The notes below the pieces were generated by a model. The model made no database searches. It saw nothing but the letters and a program-made list of their open reading frames with translations, and was not told the DNA's origin. This document shows positions 45,201 to 54,600 of a DNA stretch of 64,000 nucleotides, piece by piece; positions within the stretch are counted from its first letter, which is position 1; every line of letters begins with the position of its first letter. The stretch comes from a virus. The position numbers were made by a program, and so were the translations under genes. The stretch lies in the IMG/VR virus record IMGVR_UViG_3300028388_003908, positions 1 to 64,000 of that record. The stretch is one strand, 5' to 3'.

Positions 45201-45546
45201 CAGAGCGCGCCTCTCTCTTAACTCTAATCTCTGTAGGTGGATTGGGCGCTAAGGAATCGCTCTCCGATGAGAGCAGGATATTGACCGTCTTTTGGGTGGT
45301 GTCGGTGATGAAGGTGAACGTGTTGAGTCCTACGCTCAGATCAAAGCCATCGGGCTCTTGTGTCGGGTTCGGAAACGAGAAGCTACCGTCATCAAGCAAG
45401 GTTACCGAGTACACAACCCCCTCGTATCTGACGGATAAGGAGGCTTCATCGGTCATGCCATAGATGAACACGCTCAGTAAGGAGGTTGAATACTGATCAC
45501 CGTTAGACGCTTCTGTGCCGTCAGGTTTGTAAATGCTAATGCTCAT
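42277..45546 (-). CDS. baseplate J-like wedge protein
   Basis: GSVFRD, LASNMGIYR....ARG.V.F, VPRGT, G.SGN, GG...ES..DL..R, GGKVDVWV, IGGDLYVSDV. Confidence 0.85.
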   Translation of the reverse strand: MSISIYKPDGTEASNGDQYSTSLLSVFIYGMTDEASLSVRYEGVVYSVTLLDDGSFSFPNPTQEPDGFDLSVGLNTFTFITDTTQKTVNILLSSESDSLAPNPPTEIRVKREARSVQISFTDNGEASYYHIYASSVSGGGTFGYRRINYLPIDPLSYGSSEESLSDLGSLEINTTTESADPLYANLTLTQSSTSAELSTVLSDTLEIPEATTRLRINSTVSSVEIKRTVSFRHDRLAQENSTPPTVRIGEFRTLDPSLPLYYVIKAISLGADGEEIESSYSYEVAGKPSDVFSTNLSLPVVGRREMTESMIRHVLTYQPEVSVHAGSVFRDVIIDPFVTELERARFMLDFCYRSATFQGLLQIDDPFATGSSVPVVQSSYKRALGQALYLVSDSDIQATINQCFDRLASNMGIYRSSGVPARGEVVFYTTTTPTRTLSVPRGTVLTGAGLSFKTTEEVEILFENLASYYNPVKKRWSVACPVVAEEVGVSGNLTSGQILAGAPRGLKVVNESPLFGGQSAESNIDLASRAVSAFTSVDTGTRSGYERISRESAGVLDSFAVGAGDEYMERDLGLGGKVDVWVKGLSTAVVTDVYAPSYQERFSDRFLPISGEGVYRFVLESGNLIFEMIDRSDLNLGLRNQTTGESFDLTGYTLEEDGRVLVLDADIQTTSYRITDIILGDWRDAISDKITLRRQPVLSVLSVVSSESGTITNYDFISDEDPIYLGGSTQASDHVILPSEGRGQILSVTDESHVVLGSYPEQLNNLGVDLLSVVVTDQDKLITYENPYSSAPDYTLERGDLGETYLKRSTSSAIADGQTILISYRHRENVTITYTTNQIVSEVQSRLDTTKHLTADVITKQITSAPVNVKGVIALRRGANSSTVDTLVKGEISNLLNSYSIGGDLYVSDVLRTLDNIEGVAYVDVPLTEMALARNTLILREDVSSNEIGGFVQISELSNDKVLVWCSVNTLKHRVVDGGGVGATATLDGETLDVISSTLRPFNANWKKASISFIGAQNLSAYVDGSYVEIADTSHKILLALPVGDHPTNHVCKVNYRTGAPAGYVSNISINKLSYFTTGEISFTYEESR

Positions 45547-46565
45547 GTCAGGTTACCTTCTAATGGGATGCTTCCGGGTACGGCAAAGATGAGATTGACG
45601 CTAACCCTCTCAAGGGATGCGCTTCTGACTGATATTGTGCAGAGCAGAGAGGTACCGTTCTCGTCTGTCTCTGTGATCTCTATGGATTCTACTTGGGAGA
45701 TGCGCTCTTTAGAGCTCACGTCCTGTAAGAGCGCTTGACTGCTCTGTACGTCAATCATCTTGTCGAGACATTCCCTTACGTATTGTCTCAGTAGTTGCTT
45801 ATTTGCAGAATTGCTTTTAGCCCCGACAAGATTCAGCGCGTTCGACCCGTACCAATCGTAGAAAGGATTAGATCCTCGCTCCGTGAGCACCGCTTTAGCG
45901 ATCATCTGATAGAGCAAATCATGATCTCTAATGGTCGTGATCGCACCATCTGAAGATATTTCTAGGTCATTCTCAATGCCCGTAGAACCGCATCTCCTAC
46001 AATAGCGCTTATCCGTGAGATAAGACACCTCTAGCAATCCTTCGGGATCGAGCGTCTGCTTGAACTTAACGATATTCCGATCTACGTCTTTAACAAGAGA
46101 CCAACCGGGCGCGATCCTTCTTTGCACGGAGGATGCTTGGTTTTCGGGGAAGCCCAAGGACGCAGACATAGCCTCACCCCCAATACTAAAAGCCTCTGAA
46201 TCGCTGTAAAAAGAGAGCGTACCGCTAAGATCTTCTGTGATGACCGAGACGATCTGTACTCTAGTCCTCAGATAATCGGAAAGCTCTTTGGCGCTGTACG
46301 TCTTAGAGGGCGGTATGCTGATCTCTAGTCCGTTGACGCTTAGAGTGTTTTTGCCCGTCTTAAATCGGTAAGGACCCCTCTTGAAAGCTGTTATTCTGTG
46401 GGAGGATCTCAGTCCCTCCATAGGTAAATCTACCCCATCTCTTCTCACGGTCATTTGACCTGAAGGAGGGGATAAGGGATAGATGTATCTACCTTGCGTG
46501 AGCGTAGCTCGCTCCCCTCTTATATAATGGGAGCAGGCGTGTGCAATCTTCGCGTCTTTACTCAT
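45543..46565 (-). CDS. baseplate protein with gp25/gpW-like C-terminal domain
   Basis: LTERGSNPFYDWYGS and CRRC..G. First gene of the wedge operon. Confidence 0.7.
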   Translation of the reverse strand: MSKDAKIAHACSHYIRGERATLTQGRYIYPLSPPSGQMTVRRDGVDLPMEGLRSSHRITAFKRGPYRFKTGKNTLSVNGLEISIPPSKTYSAKELSDYLRTRVQIVSVITEDLSGTLSFYSDSEAFSIGGEAMSASLGFPENQASSVQRRIAPGWSLVKDVDRNIVKFKQTLDPEGLLEVSYLTDKRYCRRCGSTGIENDLEISSDGAITTIRDHDLLYQMIAKAVLTERGSNPFYDWYGSNALNLVGAKSNSANKQLLRQYVRECLDKMIDVQSSQALLQDVSSKERISQVESIEITETDENGTSLLCTISVRSASLERVSVNLIFAVPGSIPLEGNLT

Positions 46566-46566
46566 A

Positions 46567-46610
46567 TTATCTCGCTCCTTGTTTAGAGAAGGAGCGAGAT
46601 AAAGGACTTA
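46567..46610 (-). promoter_or_regulatory. late-type promoter overlapping a 14-bp SD-occluding hairpin
   Basis: TAAGTCCTTTAT, then TTATCTCGCTCCTT-8 nt-AAGGAGCGAGATAA directly before the ATG. Confidence 0.7.
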
Positions 46611-47849
46611 GCGGTCCCAGTTAACGGAGCGAGGCACCTCTAGCTTCTGACGTAGCTTCTCAAGCTCAACCTTGTCGGAGAGCTTGCTGAGATTGTCGAT
46701 ACAATCACCAACAAGACCAGTCTCTACGCCAGCGGTCATCTTCACAAGAACCTTCAAGAGTTCTGCATAGGCAGTCTCAATATATCTCTCCATGAGATTG
46801 GCTAAGCTCTCTGTGGCGATGCTGTTAAAGGCCTTCGCGGTCCCGTCAGGATCTTGTGATCTCACCCTAGACTCATTGAGCATCTTACGAACAACTTCGC
46901 CCGTCACTACTTCGTCAGGTCCGCTCATATCCCTCTTCATATACTCAATCGTCTTCTTGATTGATTCATAACGAGAGCTACCTTTAAGGAACTTCTTGGT
47001 GTAAGGAATGACCAGAGCGAGAGCTAGTAGATCATTACGGGTGCCGATTGAGTACTTAGAGGTGGTGGCGAACACTGAACAAGATCTGGCAGCCGAGACA
47101 AAAGAGCGCGCCCCATCTGCCCCGCGAATACGGAGGGCGCTCTGAGAATGCTTAACGATCTCTCGGGTCGCCTCAGGTGAATCAATGAGAGTTAGGATAG
47201 CTTCTCTCATCTTCTCAGATGGACGCGCTGAAAGGATCGTGTCCCCATCAAAAGCCTCTATCTCCTCAGGAGCTTGCATATCAAGTCCCATGTCTCTCTC
47301 AAGACGATAGCGATTTTTCTGAACACGGATAGCGTCAATCATATCGTTTCTCATGGTGGCTGCCACGAGATTGGCTGCGTCTGTCTTAGCCTTCTCTAGG
47401 GTAGTGATACCTCTCTCCCAAGAAGCGCTGTAGATGACCATATCGAGAACCATCTTAGTGTAAGACTCTTCAAGAGCATCTACACCAAAAGAGTTCACAT
47501 AAGAGTTATAACTCTTCTCTAGAGAAGTCTCTACCGCCTTCTCAATCTGCTTGAGATTGGCGGCAGCCTGCATACGGTTCAGATTCATAGAACCCATCAG
47601 CGTTTGAACCGCGTATCTCTCAGGATTTTTACGAACATCCTCCTTTGAGTATTCCCCGCCAGAACCCGCTACAAATTGTTGTGCAAGCATAGGTCCGATA
47701 GCCTTGAGCGACTGCGCGTCAACGGCCATCTTAACGAGAGCGTAGGCAGCCTTTATTCTCTCTGTTCGGGTACCGAAAGAAGCGAATCTTGAGTCGTTCT
47801 TTAGTAGCGCAACAGCCACTCTATAGTGCTTTAGAAATCTCTTACTCAT
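46608..47849 (-). CDS. helical protein with weak sigma region-2 resemblance
   Basis: LEESYTKMV...VAATMRNDMIDAIR. Late-type motif at 47897..47910. Confidence 0.6.
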   Translation of the reverse strand: MSKRFLKHYRVAVALLKNDSRFASFGTRTERIKAAYALVKMAVDAQSLKAIGPMLAQQFVAGSGGEYSKEDVRKNPERYAVQTLMGSMNLNRMQAAANLKQIEKAVETSLEKSYNSYVNSFGVDALEESYTKMVLDMVIYSASWERGITTLEKAKTDAANLVAATMRNDMIDAIRVQKNRYRLERDMGLDMQAPEEIEAFDGDTILSARPSEKMREAILTLIDSPEATREIVKHSQSALRIRGADGARSFVSAARSCSVFATTSKYSIGTRNDLLALALVIPYTKKFLKGSSRYESIKKTIEYMKRDMSGPDEVVTGEVVRKMLNESRVRSQDPDGTAKAFNSIATESLANLMERYIETAYAELLKVLVKMTAGVETGLVGDCIDNLSKLSDKVELEKLRQKLEVPRSVNWDR

Positions 47850-47925
47850 AACGTGTTATCTCCACAGAGGTTGTATGTGTCTACATCAACTCGCACATAA
47901 AACGATTATCGAGACGAGAAAGCCC

Positions 47926-47953
47926 TTGACAAGGATCACAAGGTGATGACAAT
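47926..47953 (+). promoter_or_regulatory. sigma70-like promoter
   Basis: TTGACA-16 nt-GACAAT upstream of 48057. Confidence 0.5.
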
Positions 47954-48056
47954 ATATCCCTGTCAGTAGACGTGATCGCGTCTAGACTAGCAAAGATATG
48001 ACATAGAAGCTCTGCTTCACGTCAACTCAACATATAAACCCTCACAGAGGTGTACC

Positions 48057-48794
48057 ATGACAGACAAAATGCCCCGCAACGCTCATCTTTGGTCAAAGCA
48101 ACTCGCTGATCTTCTCATCAAGGATGAGATGGATGACAATCTCACTCGCTCTTATCTGTTCTCTGTTAAAGACAACACATGGGAGAAGACGTTAAACGCG
48201 CTCAAGCGCTACGGTTGCTCTAAGGGCAATCAAGAAGATGAGATGCACGATTTCGCCACCGAATTCATGCTTGATCTTATCGACAAAGACACCCTGCGCT
48301 CTTATCTTGTCGAGGGCAAAGAGGTCAAAATGAGCGTACTCACCGCTTGGTTCGGTCAATTTATGATCCGTAAATGGCAGTATCTTGGCAAGGACGCTTC
48401 ATGTCGCGCTCTCATGGGCGCTCAATCTCAAGCTGAGCGTAAGAATAAGAAGCTCTATACGCTCACATCCGATCAGGTCGCTGAAATCTCTCTCTCAGGC
48501 GGTGACGAGAGCAAGCGCAACATGAACGTGGATTATTTCCGCCGTGACGAGATGACGATTGAGGACGTGTTGCATCAAGAGACCGTGCGCGATTGTATCC
48601 GTAAGCAGATCAACGACCGATTTGGCGAAAGAGCCGATTTCTATCAATCGCTCTACGAGACAGAGATTGATGGGGCGTTCAAGACCCGTACTGAATGGGC
48701 GCGTACTTGGAAGATTCCTTACCGTGATCTTAACAAGGCGCTTGACGAACTTCACAGCGCTGTCCGTGAGCTAGGGGAAGACGCTATCCTTTAA
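48057..48794 (+). CDS. divergent sigma-factor-like protein
   Basis: 245 aa with a region-2-like D..HDF..EF...LI...V...WF segment and a C-terminal HTH-like TRTEWARTWKIPYRDLNKAL. GAGGTG SD. Confidence 0.55.
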   Translation: MTDKMPRNAHLWSKQLADLLIKDEMDDNLTRSYLFSVKDNTWEKTLNALKRYGCSKGNQEDEMHDFATEFMLDLIDKDTLRSYLVEGKEVKMSVLTAWFGQFMIRKWQYLGKDASCRALMGAQSQAERKNKKLYTLTSDQVAEISLSGGDESKRNMNVDYFRRDEMTIEDVLHQETVRDCIRKQINDRFGERADFYQSLYETEIDGAFKTRTEWARTWKIPYRDLNKALDELHSAVRELGEDAIL

Positions 48795-49068
48795 GATAAC
48801 GACTCGCTACCCTGCGAGCGCTACGGGAAGGGAAATACTCGCTCTTATCCTTCTTACAATGGGGCGAGTTGGGCTCCTTATATTTGCAGTAGATTGACCA
48901 AGCTACGGGGAAAGCGTACTCAGGACCTTCCCCTCTCTCTTCCTCGATCTGCTCTGCCTTCTCTTGAACATACTTGGGAATGTTCCTCTCAGGCTTGTCG
49001 TCATCTGCGTGTCTTGTGGGCAAGGCGTGGGTCGAATAGCCTCCGTAAATGCTGTCATATCCACTCAT
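48784..49068 (-). CDS. small late protein (ChaB-like A..AW motif)
   Basis: GAGGA SD before MSGYD, YAFPVAWSIYCKYK, and C-terminal SARRVASRY. Confidence 0.65.
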   Translation of the reverse strand: MSGYDSIYGGYSTHALPTRHADDDKPERNIPKYVQEKAEQIEEERGEGPEYAFPVAWSIYCKYKEPNSPHCKKDKSEYFPSRSARRVASRYLKG

Positions 49069-49081
49069 GTCGTATCCTCTC

Positions 49082-49121
49082 GATAACACGTTTATATCAT
49101 CGCTTACATAAACGTGTTATC
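49082..49121. promoter_or_regulatory. perfect 14-bp inverted repeat forming two oppositely oriented late-type promoters
   Basis: GATAACACGTTTAT-12 nt-ATAAACGTGTTATC between divergent genes. Confidence 0.7.
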
Positions 49122-49135
49122 AAGGAGATCAGATT

Positions 49136-49930
49136 ATGGCTAATACAGATACCTATGGCTCAGGTTCCGCCCAAGGGTCGAGCGCTCTTTATAAGTACAA
49201 CACCAGCCCGAACACTAGGGCTGCCATCTCTCAGAAGGTGAGAATCCTATCGCCTGTTTATCAGAGAAATTCCAGCAGTAATGCCCTGAGATACCAACTC
49301 GGTGTGGTGTCGAGCTTTACGTTTGAGTATTCAAGAGACGCAGAGGCGATTCGTGGGGTGGGCTTCGGAGATCAGATCGCAGAGCGCGTCCCTGGTGTCA
49401 CACAGCCTGTTGACGTGGCGATGGAGCGCACCCTGCTCTATCTCTCAAACGCTCACCAAGCGTTTGGTTATGCTGGCGGGGTCGATGGTCCTGTGAGAAG
49501 CCTAGCGCATCACAGATGGCCCTTTGACATGGAGCAACAGCTTGTCTTCTCTCAGATCGCTGACGAGGAGGCTAATATCGGTACGCGCACTTTCAGCGCC
49601 GGTACAGCCGATGTTGATTTCTCTGGTCAGAACGCTCAAGGTGCTGATCTGCGTTATGCAGGGAAGGAGACGCACAAGGCGATCATTACGTTCTTTGAGG
49701 CTTGCTGGATGACTTCTGTGACAGGCGCTAACGTGACCGCAGATGCTTCTCTTATGAACGAGTCAATCACGGCCGCGGTGACCGATATCCATGATCTCTA
49801 CTCGACCTACGGAGAGTTCATGCCTACAGGTAACGATCCTACGCTTGGTCAGTTGGGCTCTATCCGCTATAGCAACCTCAGCACCGCGACCGGGTCAACG
49901 ACCGCGACCGCAAATAGCGGTAACGGGTAA
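49136..49930 (+). CDS. tail tube protein (contractile tail)
   Basis: GVVSSF...SR....RGVG...E.VPG...V..ERT.LY...PFD...FEACW....  pattern. Upstream of the chaperones and tape measure. Confidence 0.75.
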   Translation: MANTDTYGSGSAQGSSALYKYNTSPNTRAAISQKVRILSPVYQRNSSSNALRYQLGVVSSFTFEYSRDAEAIRGVGFGDQIAERVPGVTQPVDVAMERTLLYLSNAHQAFGYAGGVDGPVRSLAHHRWPFDMEQQLVFSQIADEEANIGTRTFSAGTADVDFSGQNAQGADLRYAGKETHKAIITFFEACWMTSVTGANVTADASLMNESITAAVTDIHDLYSTYGEFMPTGNDPTLGQLGSIRYSNLSTATGSTTATANSGNG

Positions 49931-49995
49931 TTGACGCTTGATCTGAGCGTATAATATAGGGCAGCCGTGTTCCCTTAAACTACACAGGAGATTAT

Positions 49996-50601
49996 ATGAA
50001 ACTATCTGATCTAAAGAGCGCCTTCCAACCTCTGTTGGAACTTTCCCATCGGGAAAAAACCATTGATGTTGCAGGGCTATCCTTGACGCTTAGAACCATC
50101 TCCCCCAAAGAAGAGGCTGAGATACAGAACAATCTACCTGTGATCAGCGAAGGGGAAGATGGTACGTCTGCGATGGAGTTCGTGGACGTGTTTCGTAAGG
50201 AAACGCTATCGCGCTCTATAGTTCAAGTAGGCGATCTCGATCTAAGAGGTGTTTCTTATGTCGAGACAGGCGAGGTGAATGATAAAGGGGTCGCGCTCAA
50301 GGTTCGTAAAGAGGAGGCTGTTCTCCAATTTATGGATGATTGGTCGAGAGCGATACTCACCTCAGTGTTTGAGAGCTTTACAGAGCTTGTAGAGGACCTT
50401 GAAGAGGACTTAGCTAAGAAGCTACTTATAGAGCCTAAAGATAAGGATGCCGAAAAAGAGGTCTTGAGAGAGCGACTTAATGATCTAGAGAGACAAGAGG
50501 CGATGACCGCTGTTTCAGATAGATCAAATGAGGTCCTTAAGGAAGTCTCCAACATTAATGGCGGGCTCTTTGAAGAGGCGCTGAGAGATGGGAAGTCCTG
50601 A
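49996..50601 (+). CDS. tail assembly chaperone-like protein
   Basis: Acidic, with an LTLRTISPKEE motif. Lies between tube and tape measure. Confidence 0.6.
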   Translation: MKLSDLKSAFQPLLELSHREKTIDVAGLSLTLRTISPKEEAEIQNNLPVISEGEDGTSAMEFVDVFRKETLSRSIVQVGDLDLRGVSYVETGEVNDKGVALKVRKEEAVLQFMDDWSRAILTSVFESFTELVEDLEEDLAKKLLIEPKDKDAEKEVLRERLNDLERQEAMTAVSDRSNEVLKEVSNINGGLFEEALRDGKS

Positions 50602-51685
50602 CATATACGAGGGGATCAGATCACAGATAAGATTGGGCTATATGCCCATGTCCGTTATCTTAGGGGACGTTTATCTAAAGTTCAGAAGCCCCTCGATAGA
50701 GGATTTTGATCTTGTCTCGGAGATCTCGCCTACTCAAGGCTGGAAACAGGATATGGCGCTTTTAAGCATCTGTCTTGTGTCGATTAACGGTAGAGATGTA
50801 GGTAGGGAGGTACACGCCTTTTTAGACGTGTTTTCCGATGTATCCAAGAGCTATAAGCGCAACGTGTTCTCTCATCTACTCAGATTGACGGAGAGAGCGC
50901 GCAAGTCATTTATCTATCTTGAAGCGTATTGCTATGAAGACGAGAGCCGAGCGCTCTGGCGCTCTTGGAAAGCCAATCGTTATGTAGGGCTTAATCCTGT
51001 TAGTCATCAACACACGTTGAGCGCCTTACAAGTGAGTTGGGTTACTTGGAATCTAGCAGAAGACGAGCGCCTAGATTCAAGAGAGGAATGGGATAGGACG
51101 CTCTTTAGCGCCAGCGCGTTTAATAGCTCTGTGCAGAAGGTACGACAGAAATGGGACGCCGGTGATAAGGAGGAAGAAGAAAACCGAAAGCAGGTAATAA
51201 AGGCTGCCCGAGAAGGTGATCTAGAAAAAGTTAAGGAAGGCATCCAAGGTCAACGCAAAAAAAGCGTTAAGGATCTACAAGAGGAGATGCGTCAATGGGT
51301 CTCGGGAGAGGAAGATGAGCACGACCGCATTGTGCGCGAATACAAGGAGACCGTACGTCAAAAAGTAAAAGAGCAAGCCGAGCGCGCTCAGAGAATGAGA
51401 GAAGAGAAGATACAGAGAGAGCGCGATCTGAGAGAACATAACGTGATAGCTCGACCAATACACGCGGTCTCAGATGAGGAACTAAAGAGGATTTTACAAG
51501 GGCAAACAGATAAAACCTCAATAGACACAGGAGAAGTAAGTGAGTACCGCAGAGACGTAATAGAGCGCTTTGTCCTGACCGGAGAAGATCGAGGGAACAT
51601 ATCCGTCTCCGATGACGGTAAGAAACTCGTGCAAAAATCCGAGAGCATGATGGAGAAGATTGCGGGAAGAAAACCATCTCTCTGA
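50588..51685 (+). CDS. tail assembly protein (second chaperone-like)
   Basis: Gene position, LKFRSPS motif, and a charged coiled-coil C-terminal half. Confidence 0.55.
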   Translation: MGSPDIYEGIRSQIRLGYMPMSVILGDVYLKFRSPSIEDFDLVSEISPTQGWKQDMALLSICLVSINGRDVGREVHAFLDVFSDVSKSYKRNVFSHLLRLTERARKSFIYLEAYCYEDESRALWRSWKANRYVGLNPVSHQHTLSALQVSWVTWNLAEDERLDSREEWDRTLFSASAFNSSVQKVRQKWDAGDKEEEENRKQVIKAAREGDLEKVKEGIQGQRKKSVKDLQEEMRQWVSGEEDEHDRIVREYKETVRQKVKEQAERAQRMREEKIQRERDLREHNVIARPIHAVSDEELKRILQGQTDKTSIDTGEVSEYRRDVIERFVLTGEDRGNISVSDDGKKLVQKSESMMEKIAGRKPSL

Positions 51686-51697
51686 GAGGAGGCGTAA

Positions 51698-54600
51698 ATG
51701 GCGAAAACGGAAGATACCTTAACAGAACTTTTAGGTCAGATTAATCAGGCTGCCAAGAAAGGTCTTCTCGGTGGCGCGCAACAAGATCTGCGTCAACTGA
51801 ACCGATATAAAGATACGTTTAAAGGACTGATCTCTGCCATCAATAAAGCCTATGAAGATGGTTTTGAAGGGCAAGCTCAAGGTCTCCAAGAGGTACAGGA
51901 AAAACTAAACGAGAACATAAAATCCTATTCCGCACAGATCAATAAGTGCATGACGCACCTCAGAAAGAATCTGACGGACTCGGAGCGGGCTGCCGCCGAA
52001 GCACGTCTGAAATCTCTCAAGACCGAACTCGCTCAAAGGATCAAATCTCAAGCCGAACTCGCTCAAAAAGAGATCGCTCATAACAACAAGATCATAGAGG
52101 ACTACAAGACAAAGAGGGTCAATCTCAAGAAGCAGGTGTCAGAGCAGTTTCTTGAGATGAAGCTAGGGGATTCTGTCGAAGGGGCTTTTAATAATCTCAC
52201 GTCTGCCCTCAACGATGGCGGACAGACTATAGGAAAGGGCATTACCGGGGCTTTTAAGGTTGGGGCGGGTCTACTAGCGTCCCGTCAAGCTACGCTCGCT
52301 TTTAGGGCTAAACAAACATCGGATACCGGTGAAAAAGCTAGTCTTGAAAAGAGCGCCCAGGCGATGGCTGGTATGGGTAAGGCCATGCTTATAATCGGAG
52401 CAAGCGTAGGCGCGCTGTTCGCTGTAGTAAAAGCCTTTCAAGCGATTGAAGAAGCAGGTAAGAAGATCAACAAGCAGTTGATAACCGAGATAGGCGCAAC
52501 CGATCTTATGGCAAATAAGACGGGCAATCTCTATGAAGAAGTCAATAAGATGAGACAGCTAGTCACGAAAGCAGACTTTGCGCTGTCTCTAGGTATGACC
52601 ACAGAGGAAGCCATCTCCCTCGTAAAAGAATTTAACGAGGCTAATTTTTCTCTCGCGTCATTAGGAGATAACGCAGAGGAAGCGACCGGTCGTCTACATG
52701 ACATGATGATGACCGTTAGATCAGGCGCTGTCGCGCTCGGTGTGTCTACCTCTGAGCTTGTAGGTTTTGCAGAGCGCTACCGTATGGAGATGGGCATGAG
52801 CGCCCGAGAATCCGGATTCACCGCTAGAGTGGCAGAGGATTTTAAATCTATACGCGACATGGCCATGCAGAGCGGTTATTCAACCTCTAAGTTCTTTGAT
52901 AAGGTTAAAAGTCTTACCGAAGGTCTTGGTAAATTTAACGTCCGAACAGAGCAAGCGGGCAAGCTCTTGATCTCCTTAACCAAGGTGATCGGGCCTGAGG
53001 CAGCCGAGCAATTTACCAAAGGGCTTATGGGAGCCTTTAGACAAGAAGGATATACGGATCGTTTAAAGCGTCTGATGACGACACCTCAAAGACAGGTCGC
53101 TAAGGCTTTGACTGCGAGCGCGAAATCTCAAGCAAATGATTTCTCTAGGAACTTCTTAAGAAGCGGAAAGTCTAAGGATATTTTCGCTCAATACGGGATC
53201 ACAGGAGAGAACATTGTTGAAGGTACTAAAAGTCTCTCAGACGCAGACGTAAAAAAGCTCTTAGGTGAACTGCAAGGGGCGGGACAGACCGGAGCCGCCC
53301 GACAATTCTATGAGGTAATGGACGCGCTACACTCTAAAGGTCGGATGGGACAGGTGCGCCAGCTAGGTCAAGCAGACGCAGGGGCGACACTCAGAGTAAA
53401 GGCATCTCAATTTACAGGTGTAATGGGCGGTAAGAGCATCCGAGAAGCCGGTTTAGGTAAGCTCAAACTACTTGAAACCTTAGGTTTCTCGCCTGAGGAG
53501 ATCGAGCAATACGCCAAGATTGTCGAGCTAAAAGAAGCTGAGCTAGGTATGTTGAGACAAAAGAAAATTCTCACCGAGGAGGAACAGAAACAATACGGTG
53601 TCCAGATGAGAGAAGGTCAGCTTTACAATGTCGAGACAGGAGAGAAGGTCGACAACGTAGAAGCGTATCTACAAGCGCAAGGGGCGAGACTAGAGAAGGA
53701 GTTTGGAGATCTCAAAGCGCCTACCTTAGAGGAGATCATGCAGGATAATATCCGTGCAACGCAGACCTCTAGTGAGAAGCTAGGCGCTCATCTTGGAGAG
53801 ATCATGCAAGGCGTCTATGACGTGACGATGGGCATCTATAACAAGATCTTCGGAGACGATCAGAGCGATAAAGCCAAGGCAGCTCAGGCTCAGCTACTAG
53901 AGGAAACACAAGCTAAGATCGCAGGCTTTAGTAAGGAAATCATCTCCAACAACGATAAAATGAGACAGCTACAAGGTAAAGCTAAATCCTCAAAAGACCC
54001 CGCAGAGAAGAAGGCAATTAACGAACAGATAGACGCCTTGAAAAAGAGAAATCAATCCCTCTCTGACAGTCAAAAACTAAACAAGGCCTCGTTAGCGATC
54101 CTTAATCGTGAGAAGTTGACATCCGAAAGTATTGAGGAGATGAGATCAGAGACGCTAAATAAAGGGGTGATAAAGCTGGCACAATCTAGTCCTGAGGCAA
54201 AAGAGAGACTTTTAAGTTCTGGGATGATACGCAGTCCCAAATCTCTATTAGACATGGAAATAAAGGCGAAGGAGTTAGGATATTCTTCCGCACAAGAGAT
54301 GCTAGACTTTGACGATTATGACCATGATGAATTTCTTAAGATAACGTCTGCTCTGGAAGAGATTGGGGTTACCCTTAGAGGTTATGATACGACAGGGAAC
54401 CATGTTACCTATCAAGATGGAATGGGAATGAGATATAAGGGAGGGCGTGTCGCTGTAGACGCAGAAGGACGTGTTATAGGGGCGCAAACTGGCACTAAGA
54501 AATTTTCCAAAGATACGGGGACTGGTTTGTTTGGCAGTCTTACATCACCCGCAGAAGAATCCCTTAATGTCGCGCCTCTTAATCCAATGGACCCTCAAGT

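Noticed and set aside
50588-50601. Programmed -1 frameshift between tail chaperones (lambda G/GT type)
   Set aside because: The downstream ORF is in the +1 frame, has its own ATG with a purine-rich upstream sequence, and there is no X XXY YYZ heptamer.
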